Source: the human T2T-CHM13v2.0 reference genome, Homo sapiens
DNA length: 64,000 nucleotides
Strand: one strand, 5' to 3'
Assembly: GCF_009914755.1 (NCBI RefSeq)
Contig: NC_060925.1
Every line of letters begins with the position of its first letter. The first letter of the stretch is position 1. Positions 32,206 to 46,088 of this stretch are shown here, one piece after another. The notes under the pieces were generated by a model, which saw only the letters and a program-made list of their open reading frames with translations, had not been told where the DNA came from and searched no databases. A program made the translations under genes and the position numbers.

Positions 32206-33769
32206 AAAGACAAGGTTCTTAACAAGTATTGTGTGAGTGTTCTTTTACAAAGCAGATATAAACCTGTGTGTAATAGGCAAAGGGTATATAAAGGTGATGA
32301 TTTTTCTGTGAACTACTAACTCTTTTTTTTTCTAACTCTCTTTAGTCCCTAAAAATAAACCCTATCATATTAAATCAAGAACATCATAAGTAAATGTTGG
32401 CAAAATACAGTTAGGTGAACAGTGGCTGTTCTCAAAAAGGCTCAATAAACATAGTAGAAGTTATAACAAATTAATGATAAATAAAGCACAGTGAAAATGT
32501 AGTGATATATCTGTGCATATTTATAAATGTGTGTTAAATTATTTAAAAGAGATTCTACCTGAGTCTAGTTTATAACATGTAAGATTTTAGTTTTCTCTAA
32601 AATACAATTGAGATAAAAATTTAGCAATACTTTATTAAGATATGACCTTCATATTTATTTTATCTCAAAAGTTTTTTAACAGGACAAAAAGCACTTTCCA
32701 AACTGAATTATATATATTAGGAAAGTCCATATATGTGTGAAGATCTTTATTAACTATCAGGATTTTTGTAAATATAAATTATGTCCATTGATTATCTCAC
32801 TCCTTTAGTTTTCCAACTGAAATAGTTCTACTTCTCCTTTTTTCTATGATTATATCAAACACTTTACAGTGCTTCAGCAAAGCTATACACCCCCTGCCCC
32901 AAAAGGAGAAAATTTCCTTTTAGATAATATGGCATTTTTCAAAAGAAAAGGGAAGGACAAAAGAACTTAATACTTATCATGTGCCTACTGTGTTCAGTTC
33001 TATGTAAGACACCTTCAAAAATTTTTATAACCTTACAATAATCATCAGAGAGAGGCAGTATTACATTCAGTTTATAGATAGAAAAATGACGTCTCAGAGA
33101 ATTTAAGAATATTGTCTAATCTCTTAAATGGAAAATGTGGAATTCAACTGAAGCATATCTGACTCCAGTCTTTGGTTTTTGAACTATTCATACCGGTCAT
33201 CAGTTTTCTCCTTCTTTGCAAAAGAATCTTGCCTATAGTGGTCAGTCGGGTCCACTTAGTTCAGTTATCTGTATATTAAATAATACCCCAAATATTCCCT
33301 TTTCCAGCATTTTATGAGATACCCAAAACTTTAATTGATAATGAAAATAATAAATAATCCTAAGTATTAATAAGTTACATATTGATATGTTTAGAAATAT
33401 TTCTATATATATGAATGCATTAAACAAATAGGTCATATGCATAGCATTCATGATAAGTATTTGGTAGATAAAAATGAGGATCTGAATAAACTTCCATGTC
33501 CTTCTCACAGTGGAACTGGTAAAACACTTTAGCTGGTAAAACAGTAACTGGTAAAACACTTAGCCATACTAATGGCTAATAAAATAGTCTGTTCTGGTGT
33601 GAATTTCTCTTTTATTTAGCATCTTGTTTTTCTTTAGTGGGTAATTCACTGGTTTTGTGCAATCCTAATCTACTATGAACATTGATTTCTTGAGTATCCA
33701 GATATTATTTTCAGAATCTAGTTTTTCACATGCTGAAAGTTCAAGTTTGAGATCCATCACTACATGGCA

Positions 33770-33990
33770 ATAATATTTACTCATGATGAAAATATTTGCC
33801 AGTCACTATGTTAAATATCTTGCATTTACTGTCTTATATCCTATTTACAAAACCTTGCAAGGTAGATATTTTTACTTCCTTTTGTAGTTGAAAAAACTCA
33901 AGCTTATGGGGATTTTGTAAATTCTAAACTCACACAGTTGGGAAATGGTGAACTGTAATTCAGATGCAGACTGTCTAATTCTAAGCTGCA
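33770..33990 (-). mobile_element. MIR (another similar relic at ~32965-33190)
   Basis: Degraded reverse MIR pattern. Confidence 0.5.
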
Positions 33991-35777
33991 TACTCACCCA
34001 CCTTACAGCTGAGGAGGGAATGTTGTTCTAATAACAAGCCTTGCAAAATGTCAGCTGCATGCTTTACATGCTAACCAAGATTACATTCTTCCTCTGTTTA
34101 TGTGGTTTTCTGAGCTCTGGGTAAGGCAACTATTCTCTGTGCCACAAAAAAAGTGTTTTATTCAGTTTTTTCTGGAGGAAATAAGGCTAATGCTGTTTTC
34201 TATGGAGAAAAGCATAATTTCCAAATTAATGATTAACTTGAAAATGGATGATTCATTGGGCAAGCATTTCCTATACCACAGCATTACATGTTTTCCAATT
34301 ATAGTGCTCAGGGGAGGTTCTTAGTTAATTCTTAGTTCTATCTAAATAGAAGTTATATTTTTATTAATTTATCAGTTTTATCAATGTATATATTTTATAC
34401 AATTTATATATTTAATTAAGTACTACAACTTACATAGCTAACATCACCTTAAGAGCATAATATAAAATAATTTTAGCTGTATAAAATAAATTAACTGAGT
34501 TACATAGAACTTAATTTCACCTTAAGTCCAACTTGTCCTAAATTGAAGGATATTAAAGAGCCCTAAAAATGCTTTAAGTGGTGATTTGAACTTCTAATGG
34601 AAAATGTTATAATTTGCATACTGAAAAATATCTCATTGTACAAGGATAGTTTCTGTGACCTCTTTTCAATATGCTATATTGAGTTTCTCAAGAAAAAGGG
34701 GGAAGAAGGATTTTGCTAATCTGTCTCTATATCTCACCTGGTTCCTGCTGAAAGCAATGACAGGCACTTGTAAAAATATAATCCTAAAATATTATGAAGC
34801 TAGCTGGCCTACCTGAGCTCCAATTCACAAACTCAATTTTCTCAACACCTTCTAAAACCAACTATACTAGCTAATTTTCAAAGCAAGGAAAATTTAGTCT
34901 GACAGTCTATATGCCTAGAGGAATCATCATGCAATAATTATTGGGTTTGTAGTACAAATTTACCCAGTGGATATTGGGTCAATTTTTCTTTTCTAAATAT
35001 TTATAAAGGAGTATGTTAGAAGTCACATATAAGGGATTTATCATAATACAACATTTAATAGACATGTGGGCATGCTTTAGCCAAAATGAACATACTTGGC
35101 TAGGGATGAATACATCTACTATTTACAGTTAAATATTTCCTCTACCTGGAGAGATTCCTGTGCTGGAAGGCATTTTAGAACATACAGTATTAATATTATT
35201 TCTAAAAATAGGGTGAGTAGAGTGACAATCTTCTAAAATCCCTGCCAGGAAGAAGAGAAATGCTAAATATAGATTGAGGAATCCCATCTTATTTGGGAGA
35301 TTAAATCATATCTGTATAAATTATTGGAGGCCTAGCAACTTTCCAACACAAGCTAGTTAATTGTTACATTTTCAAATTCTATACTTCCTGTGTGTTACTT
35401 TGTAATGCACTTTTGTAATCACGGTATCTTTCACAACCTTTTCCAAGTTCCAAACCACTTCTATTTACATAACTTGATAAAGATCAGTAAAACTGACTCA
35501 CTAGCTAAAAGAGATAATCATAGGGTAATAGGCAAAACAAGATAAAAAGCAGAAATTCAGTGTATTCTAATAAAAAAGAAAGAATGCTCGTCTTTGGTTT
35601 CAAAGCACTAAATTCAAGTGTCATATAGCATAAATTTAATACTTAATGTTCTCCTATAACTTTACATTGTCTTTCTCATGCATGAATATATGTCATCTTT
35701 ATAGCCTTCCTTGAGGAGAGTATTATTGTTATATCTATTTTATAAAGGAGTAAACAATAATTAAAAGAATTGAAGTG

Positions 35778-36195
<418 letters not shown>

Positions 36196-36485
36196 TCAAA
36201 AAGGAGCATAAAGCATTGCTTAAGAATGGAGATAAATCAATAAAGACACAAATCAAATTGCACTTTAGGGAACACAGCTGTTGTATTTTATGATTATTTT
36301 GTGGTTCTATAAGACAAGATTATCCCCATATTTCTTCATATGCCAGTCTAATAGTAATAAGTTTTGCCTGTTTGATTATAATTAATTCTATTAAATAATA
36401 GATTTCATTCCACTCTTTATAGATTTCTGTCTCAATGATAAACATGTTACCCTCATATTTGAAAGTTTACAATTGCTGAGTAATA

Positions 36486-37199
36486 CAGTAAGTGATACAT
36501 TCCAAGACCCCCAGTAGATGTCTGAAAACATAGTACCAAATCCAATTGCTGTCAATCAATCAAAACACATTTCTGTTCATATTTTCTACCCACAAATTTA
36601 CTGCCTGTTCCATCTTAACTAAGCACTTATCATGCACTATGGCTGCATGCACTGCAAACTTTTGTAGTTTTAGGTGCGATAGCACAACTAGCATGAATTT
36701 CTTTCACTTTCGTCACTATTTCGCAGATGGAAGATTTGTTCTTAGTAATCTTAGAAACCTCAGTATATTATTTTGTTTTCTTTGCTTATTGAGAACTTTT
36801 ACCTTTTATCTTAAAGGAAGCATTTTGCAGCTTATCTTTGGCATATTTGAATTGTCAGCATCACTACTCTTGTGCTTTGGGACCATTATGAAATAAAATA
36901 AGGCTACTTGAACACAAGCACTGGGATACCACGACAGTCAATCTGATAGACCAAATGGCTACCAAGTGACTCTCTGGTGGTTAGCATATATGGCATAGAT
37001 ACACTGGACAAAGGGATGATTTACACCCTAAGGAGAACAGAGCAGAATGACACAAAATTTCCAAATGCCACTTAAGGGCATACAATTTGAAACTTGAAAG
37101 TTATTTCTGGAATCTTTCCATTTAATATTTTTGGACCACAGTCGACCACAGGTAAGTGAAATCATGAAAAGCAAAACCACAGGTGAAAGAGTGCTACTG
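36486..37199. mobile_element. MER44 / Tigger7-derived TcMar element
   Basis: TA|cagt...actg|TA ends and internal ttccaagacccccagtagatgtctgaaa and cactggacaaagggatgatt motifs. Confidence 0.8.
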
Positions 37200-37589
37200 T
37201 AGTCATTGACCATAGAAGAAGCAGAAAAACAAGGCCTGTCTTAAGATTTTTAGCAAAAATCTTTTTTTATATATGCAATTTTTTTGTATATGCAATGTTT
37301 TCGCAATTTCAATATATGTAATTCTACTCTCCCCCATCTCTAGGTGTATTTTAGCAATAGCTATATCACAAGGTCTAAATAAAGTCTAAATCCATCAACA
37401 AAATTAACACAGTCATCTATCTGCCTTTTTATTTTTATAAAACTGACATGATGGAATTTAGGCCTTACACAGAGATTTCTGGAATGCCATGAACCTAAAC
37501 AATTTGATCTTTAATTGATACTAACAGGATGATGTTGCAGTAAAATGCAGCATGGATTGACTACTTGTTATTTGGTTGTTGTTATGTCT

Positions 37590-38190
37590 TTTATTGACAT
37601 AATGGTACATATTTGGGGAGTATATGTGACATTTTTATACATGTACACAATACTTAATGATCAAATCAGGGCAATTGAGATATCCATTGCCTCAAATATT
37701 TATCTTTTCTTTGTGTCGAGAACATTCTGATTTTTCTCTTCTAGCTATTTAGAAACATATGACAAATTATAGTTAACTATAACCTCCCTACTATACTATC
37801 AAATACTAGAACTTATTCTTTCTATCTAACTCATAAAAATGATATTTTGTACCCATTAACCAACTTCTCTTCATCCTCCTACCCCTATCATTTCTAGCCT
37901 CTGGTACCACTAATCTACTTCTTAACTTTATGAGATCCACTTTTTAAACTCCCACATATAAGTGAAAACCTGTAACATTTGTCTTTCTGTGCCCAGCTTA
38001 TTTCTCTTAACATAATGACCTCTTGTTACATCCATGTTGCTGCAAATGGCAAGATTTCACTCCTTTTTATATAGCTGAATAATATTCCACTTGCATATGT
38101 ACCATGCTTTCTGTATTCATTCATCTGTTGATGAACACTTGGATAGATTTTATATCTTGGCTCATGTGAATATTGCTGCAATAAACATAT
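37590..38190 (-). mobile_element. L1MA 3'UTR fragment
   Basis: gtacatatttgggg..aatgatcaaatcaggg..tagaacttattc..gctgcaataaacat. Confidence 0.85.
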
Positions 38191-38489
38191 ACTTAATTTA
38201 TTTTTGAAAATAGATCAGATGGATCTATTCTCTTTCACACCTGAAACAGTTTGAGTAAGCCACAAATTAGTACTTTGAAATTACAGTTTGCTCCTTTTTA
38301 ACCTCTTCTGTATTAACAACCTCATCTATATTCCTACAAACTCATGTGTATGTATACACACACGGAATCTGATTAATTGTCTAACAATTTTATCTGAACC
38401 TCAGTACTTTTCTTTCTTCTTTTTGAACAATTTCATCTCCAATTGTTAAATCTTCACCATCTACTTTTAAATCTACATCTCTTGCCTTG

Positions 38490-38945
38490 TGTGATGATTA
38501 ACTTTCTGTCAACTTGACCGAGCCACAGGATGCCCAGATATCTGGTTAAATATTATTTCTCAGTGAGTCTGTGAGAGTGTTTTCCATAAGAGATTCACAT
38601 TTGAATTGGTAAACTGAGTAAAGCAGATGGCCCTCCTCAAAGTGGGTGGGCATCATCCAACCCATCCAGAGCCCAAATAGAACAAAAAGATAGAGGAAAG
38701 TTAAATTCATTCTCTCTCATTCTCTCTCTCTCTCTCTTTGCCTGACTGCTTGAGCTGAGACATTTGTCTTTGCCTGCCCTTGGACTGGGACTTACACCAT
38801 GAGTGCTCCCAGTTCTCAGGCCTTTAGACTCAGACTGGAATTTACATTCTTGGCTTTCCTGAGTCTCCAGTTTGCAGATGGCAGATCATGGGACCTCTCG
38901 GACTCCATAATCACATGAGCGAATTCTTTACAATAAATCTCATTC
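38490..38945 (+). mobile_element. MLT2 (B/D-like) LTR, ERVL
   Basis: tgtgatgattaactttctgtcaacttgac ... gtgggtgggcatcatccaa ... aataaatctc. Confidence 0.85.
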
Positions 38946-38946
38946 A

Positions 38947-39135
38947 ACACACACACATATGTGTATGTACATATATATACATATATATGTGTGTGTATAT
39001 ATATATACAGAGAGAGATCATAGGTAGGTAGGTAGGTAGATAGAGAGATAGATAGAAAGTAGAGAGAGAGAGAGAGAGACAGAGATAATAGATAGGTAGG
39101 TAGGTAGATAGATAGAGAGATAGATAGATAGAAAT
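38947..39135. repeat. Compound (CA)/(TA)/(TAGG)/(GA)/(GATA) microsatellite
   Basis: Read directly from sequence. Confidence 0.9.
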
Positions 39136-39289
39136 TAGATGTATGGATACAGGGAATGAATGTAATGCCTTGCAAGATGAAGGAAGGAATCTGAGACAGG
39201 TGGTAAAACATATGTAATAGGAATAATAATTAGTTCACAGTAGAGAACAAGGGAAAATCAGGAGACTATTAGATAAAGCTGAGAAGTTG

Positions 39290-39870
39290 TTTTGAGTCTA
39301 TAGGGAAAGCTCTTGAATACCAAAATAAGATAGTTGAATATTCAAACAAGATATTTGTATCTTACCCTTTGGATGTTGGGACCATTGCAAGTTTTGGAAA
39401 AAGTGAAGTAGCCAAATTTTAATTTATAGAATGTAACCATGACATCATGAAGGATAAAGGAATGGGGAAGAGGCCTGCGCTCAAGGTGGATGAATAGTAG
39501 GAAACTCAGTGAAGTGAGACGGGAAATGGTGAGGGCTGAATTAGGGAAGTGACAGTGGAAATGGTGAGAAAATGAAGGCAAGCAACCCTGTGGAAGTAGA
39601 AGTAATGAGACTGGAAACTGATTAGATGAGGAGAGTGAAAGAAGGGAGAGCAGAGAATTTGAAATTCTGAGATTTCAGACATGTGCAGTTGAGACTATGA
39701 TAGTGCCATAAAATGAAATGTGAAACACAGGAGGAAGAGTGGATTTGGGGAGGAGAGGAGGACTTTGATTCTGGATATGAGACATTTGATCTGCTTCTGG
39801 GAATATTCATGTTATGGAGGTCCAGCTGAAAACTAGACACATAGATCTGGGGTTAAGGAGAATACATAAA
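39290..39870 (-). mobile_element. L2 fragment
   Basis: Purine-rich reverse L2 pattern (gatagtgccataaaatgaaatg..ggaggaagag..atgagacatttga). Confidence 0.6.
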
Positions 39871-39872
39871 GA

Positions 39873-39877
<5 letters not shown>

Positions 39878-39944
<67 letters not shown>
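39878..39944. repeat. Pure (TG)~33 microsatellite
   Basis: Read directly from sequence. Confidence 0.97.
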
Positions 39945-39946
<2 letters not shown>

Positions 39947-40478
39947 ATATATATATTCATTTTCTCCTACCCTCACATTTTGAAACCCTAGCTAACTAGA
40001 ATGTCATCTAAGAAACTCTCCTCAATTTCTTGAGTCAGAATGATTGTCTTTTTCCTCTTTTCTTCATTACTCTTCATTTACATCTCTGCCATGGTACCTA
40101 TTTACATACAATTTTAAATGATATGAGGTACAGTTCAATTCACAGACATTCATTGATGTCTTCCTCTGTACCAGGCCAGTACTAGGAGGAAAAAAATGAG
40201 TCAGACAATGTCTCGCCTCAAAAATTTACAAACGAAACACTGAACTATGGCAGGCAGATTTGGCACCATAAAAAAGATACAAACAAGGTGCTGTGAAGGC
40301 TTAAATGAAGTAAATCTTTATTATGTCTATCTTTTCCACAAAAGGTCAAAAAACATTTCTCATTTTCTGTCTCTCTCTCTCACACACACCCCCCCCACAA
40401 CCATTGTGTATGTCACGGTAAATATTTTTTGATGCTAATTCTTTAACTCAGTAAGTCAATCAAAATAGATTTACTGCA

Positions 40479-41077
40479 TGTTATAGACTGAATTATACTC
40501 CTGCAAATTTCATATGTTGAAATCCTAAAAAAAAAAACACCCAATCCCTAGTACCTCAGAGTATAACTATATTTGGAGATATAACTATATTTGGAGATAG
40601 CTACACTCTGAGTTACTAGGGATTGGGTGGGTTTTTTAGTATTTCACATTTGAATTGGTAGACTGAGTGAAGCAGATGCCCTCCTTCAATGTGGGTGGGC
40701 ATCATCCAACACATCAAGAGCCCAAATAGAACAAAAAGGCAGAAGAAAGTTAAATTCTTCTCTCTCTTTCTCTCTATCTCTATCTCTGCCTGGCTGCTTG
40801 AACTGAGACAGTCATTAAAGAGGTGATTAAGTTAAATTAGGTGGGGTCTTAATCCAGTTTGACTGGTGACTTTATAAGAAGTGGAAATTTGGACACACAC
40901 ACAGACACCAGGGATGTGGCATGCAGAGGAAGACTAGATGAGGACTCAGCAAGAAGGCAGCTATCTTCAAGCCAAGGAGAGAGGACTCAGAAGAAAAGAA
41001 ACCTGCCAACACCTTGATCTTGGACTTCTGGGCTCAAGAACTAGAAGAAAATAAATGTCTGTTGTGAAACTAACACA
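40479..41077 (+). mobile_element. MLT1B-like LTR containing a complex insertion (40580-40810)
   Basis: aaatttcatatgttgaaatcc start; aaagaggtgattaagttaaa..ccaacaccttgatcttggacttc body. Confidence 0.8.
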
Positions 41078-41728
41078 CAGACAACTATCTAGAAAATAAG
41101 AACATAATTTAAAAATAGGCTATTTAATTTATATAGGTTTATACATTGTAAAAGCAAATATAACCCTCTGACTGGGTGAGGTTTACATAGCCACAAAGGA
41201 GAGTTATGACATTGTGTATGTTGAAACACGGGCTGTATCAGGAAAGCACTATCATTTTGCCACAATGTACTTCCTTGTTATTTATCCCCTACATTGGGCC
41301 CTAAGTATTTAAGTTGCTAATTGTGTTTGTTTGTTTGCTTAATCTGACAAACACAATAAAAACATTTTCCCATATACTGTAGAAAATGTGTGTGTGTGTG
41401 CGCGTGCATGTGTATACTTGACTGTACATTCCATCAAGGTGAGATTAGCTTGACATTTCATTTAATCTATGCCATCATAATGAAGATAAATGCATCATTC
41501 TAGTAGGCATTTTAAAACACTGGAAGTAGCTTGAATAACATCCCCTTTTGTAACTTTCTTGGTTATTAATAGTTTTATGCTTTGTTTCCAGTTTGAGCTC
41601 TTCAGACCACTAAAATTTATACTTTACATAGATCTGAATTTGAACTTTCTTTGAGAGTACATTCCCATGAAATCTTCCTAAATTGATGATACATAATTAT
41701 TAGATTTTTTTTATTGCTATGACCTTTT

Positions 41729-42015
<287 letters not shown>

Positions 42016-43460
42016 TGCTATGTCCCTTTAAAATATATATGCATAACTTTCAGGTTTCTTGTTCAATTAAATAAATAAGTACAAACCTACTGCTTCATTG
42101 CAAAACCTATGTTATAGTCTATGCCATAGAAAGAATGTTAAACAATGTTACTTATGGTGAACAAAATATAAAATACAACAAATTAGTTGTAAATAAAATT
42201 AAACATAAATTATCAAATGAATGATGTTAAATTACCATTAGGATTTGACAAACTACTAGACTTAGACACTGTCTATGATCACTGAAAATAATGAGGCATA
42301 CTCACTCATGAGGTTCAAATCAGAGGCCAAAACTTCATTAGCACCATGTCCTGGCTACGCAGGACAGATGTTTATGAGCAGCAAATACCATTGTCAAAAT
42401 TCTCAATTGACTTTGCAAAATTCATTAGTTGATATAAATTATTAAAGAAAACACAAAACAAACCTAGCACCACTGAATTGACTGTTAATTCCCTTTCTTA
42501 ATTATAATAGTTGTGCATAAAGCAACAGATTTAATTGCCACACCATTAATTTATCTCAGTCATTAAAGCAGTATAAATAAAACCAGGTTAGCAGTTAAAG
42601 CAGTTTGTTCAAATGATGATGATCCTTCCAATTAAGCTGTCAACTAATAGTAAGAACATTCATGGGACGCACATTTCTCCATTTCTAAATGAAGCTGGTC
42701 AGGGCCATTCCAAAGGGTTCTACGGGTTTTTCTCTGCACATAGGCACAAAGTCAAGCTGGTGAGTGGGGGCTGAAAGCCAGCCTTAGCCTACTCCCTAAG
42801 CCATGCATCTATTGGCCTTTGGGAGCCCAGAGGAGGTGCTTTTGAGTAACACACAAAGGAGCCCTTGTGCCCTCTCAGCCTTGAGGCTGACTCTATTTTC
42901 TTTGATTGAATAATGCTACAAATTCCACCTATTCTTAGAATCCAGTGTAACAAATATCTAAATAGAATGTGACTCATGAATAATTTAACCATAGGATTCT
43001 TTTGAACATGATTTAAACATTAACAATTTAAAGTAATTTTAAAAATTGTATGACTAACTTTTTAAAAAGATAAATTTTACCTTCTAAATATTTTCCAAAC
43101 CTTAAACTGTCAAACTTTGATTTCACAAATTAGTAGAATAGAAAGGCAATTTGTGGACTAAAAAGATATTATCTCAATGACAAACTAATCATCTGAAGAT
43201 TGCTCAAAATTAAAGATCAAGAAGTAATCTCTGCCCTACATTTTCTAACATTTTGCAACAAACTAAGCTTCTCAACATTTGAAACAAATAAAGCAACAGA
43301 GTATCAGATTATGACTGCTACTTTCCTTCTATCAATGCCCTTTATGATGAGAGCTTAACCATGAGAAAAATTCAGAATCACGAGAATAAACTATGTGCCA
43401 ATTAAATATTAAGATAGTTTTAAAATGATAGTTCATTAAAGAAGCAAATGGCAATATTTC

Positions 43461-43540
43461 TTTTTTTCCTTCAACTTTTAAGTTCAGGGGTACATGTGCA
43501 GGATGTGTAGGTTTGTTATATAGGTAAATCTGTGCTGTGG
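43461..43540 (-). mobile_element. About 80-bp 5'-truncated L1PA/PB 3' tip
   Basis: aacttttaagttcaggggtacatgtgcaggatgtg..ggtttgtta. Degenerate TSD gcaaatggcaatatttc / gcaaatagagatacttc. Confidence 0.75.
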
Positions 43541-44854
43541 GCAAATAGAGATACTTCTTTTCAGTCATTCCTTATTTTGAAATTCTTTTTTAAAACTGTT
43601 AATCAGGTTAATAATCTAAAGAAAAAGTTTCCAACCCTTTCCTGGATAGTCTGCATTTATCCAAAGGGTACATATCATTTTAGCATTCGCTATATAACTT
43701 GGAACAAGTAAGGAAAAAGATTAACTACTTGTGACCATAGCCCTTTAGAAGCGTTTTTGATTCCCTCGGAAACTCAAATTCTTGTGATATATCAGAATTG
43801 TTATAAGAGTAACAGAATAACATTTTGTTTCTTTTACTCCTCAGCCCTACTGAATTTTGCTAACAAGTTGGAACTTTGAGTTATTTTGGCTCAGAGAGCA
43901 TTTTTTAGGATGGAGGTACATTGCTTATTATCCTTTTATTCTTCAATTCTCTCTTGGGCTTCCTAATCACAAAACATTCATTAAACTACCATTCTCTTTA
44001 TCATTAACAGATCAGGTAACTTTAAATATTTCTGTATTCTTAAGCAAAGGGAAAGTGGTCATTGTGGGCACCTGTATAAATGTTAGTTTTTAAAGCTTCA
44101 TCAGATAGAACCAAAAATAAACTACAGAGTGTGGACCACATCTCAGAGGTTTAATTAAAACTCAATCAATCACGTTATATGCATTGAGTGAAATAAATGA
44201 TCTGTGATAAAAATATGTGTTCATATGTTTTAGCCAAAAAAATAAAATTCTTGCTTAATTAAAGCAAAAATTCTAATGAATTCAAGTGTATATTTATATG
44301 ATGCTATTTTAAAAATAGTAATGATGCAGCTATTATTTGTGTGAGTTTTTATATCAAGAATACTATAAATATATTCTGGTACACATGTCCCTTTGGTTTT
44401 ATTTTTATTTTCTTAGCTAAGGATAATAACATTATTACCCCTACAAAAATTGTATATGCTCATTATAAGTAACCAAAAATAAAACAATGTAGTACAAAAG
44501 AAAATATTCTTAAATCCCTTAAAATCTTAACATTTAGAAATTATTTTCTGAAAGTTTATTGATTAACACTCTGGACATTTTTCCTATGTACAGAGAGAGA
44601 AGAAAAGGTAGAAATATATATAGATAATTGATTGTTCCACTTGTTAAAAAGATAAGTCAGTCAAGTTGCTAAGTAAATTTATATTAAACTTACAGCCTGG
44701 AAAATTGTCTTGAAAGATAAATATTTTAGTTTCAAGAGCAAGGCACTTAAGAGACACAAGAGTTTTTTCATTTTCCAATGATCTGGACTTCGAGAGGCAA
44801 AGCCATGAAGAAACAAGGCATAAAGTTTGTACCATAAACAGGAAGTTCAATTAC

Positions 44855-45103
44855 TTTTGAGAAACTGAATCCTGCCAAGCATCATGTGACTGAGCTTGGA
44901 AGCAGATCCTTCCCCACTGGAGCCTTGAGATGACTGCAGCCCCCAACTAACACCTTGATTGTGGCTTTCTGAGAGGCCCTGAGCCAAAGGACTTAACAAA
45001 ACTACACCTGAATTCCTAATCCACAGACGCTGCTAGACGGTAAATGTTATTTAAGCCATTAAAGTTTGGGGTAATTTGGTACACAGCAGCAGATAACTAA
45101 TCT
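44855..45103 (+). mobile_element. MLT1F-like LTR 3' part
   Basis: gagcttggaagcagatcct..gatgactgcagccc..ttaagcca..gtttggggtaatttg..agataactaat. Confidence 0.75.
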
Positions 45104-45720
45104 ATCATCTAGTACATCAAAACCTAAAATGAGAAACTGGAATTAAATAATTAATATTGAATTAAAATTCTATCTCTTATAGAAATGTATGCATGGATTG
45201 GACTCCCTATAATCATCTTTATATCCTTATTTTTTCCATTTCATTTTAGATCATTTCATTAAATCTACTTACCATTTTACTGATTCTGTTTTCAACTGTG
45301 TATATGTTCTTTTCATTGCTTCTAATATGTTTTTCATCTCCATTATGTTTTCTTTTTTATTCCATTTTGTTTATAAGTTCTTCCAGCTTACTTCCACCTC
45401 ATTCTGTTTTCTTTATGATATTATTTTGGAGATATTGTATTCTCTGCTTTGTTTAAAATACAGGAAAATTCTTTATCTTAACATCATTCAAAAATTATTT
45501 TTTCTGTTATTCTGGGTAATTCCCCTCACAATATATGTTCTTCATCTAGTTTTAATTATATTCATTTCCTCCTTTTGCATTTGTATGCATAGGTACTGTC
45601 CTAGTCATTTCTAATTATTACTTTTTTAATAAATGGATCTGCTAATTGTTCTAAAACTATATGAAAGAGGGGTTAGAATAGGTAACAGGCAATGAGTATT
45701 CTGGGACATTATATAGCCTC

Positions 45721-46088
45721 TATTTAAGACTGAAAGTATGTGTGCTCCCAGAATGCATACACTGAAATCCTAACCCCCAGTGATAATATTAGTGGGTGAG
45801 GTCTTTGGGAGGTGATTAGGTCATGAGGATGAAGTCTTCATGAATGGGTTGACAGCTCTTATACAAAGAACTACAAAGAGTTCTCTTTTCCATCCACCAC
45901 GTTTCCATCCACAGACAGAAGACAAATATTTATGAACCAAGAAGCAGACCCTCATCACATATGGAATTTGTTGGCACCTTGATATAGGATTCTCCATCCT
46001 CTAGAACTGTGAATAATACATTTCTGTTGTTTAGAAGCCACCCAGTCTATGGTATTCTGTTATAGCGGCCTAAATGTATCAAAAGACA
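45721..46088 (+). mobile_element. MLT1A0-like solo LTR
   Basis: MLT1A motifs. 5-bp TSD gcctc at 45716-45720 and 46089-46093. Confidence 0.85.
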
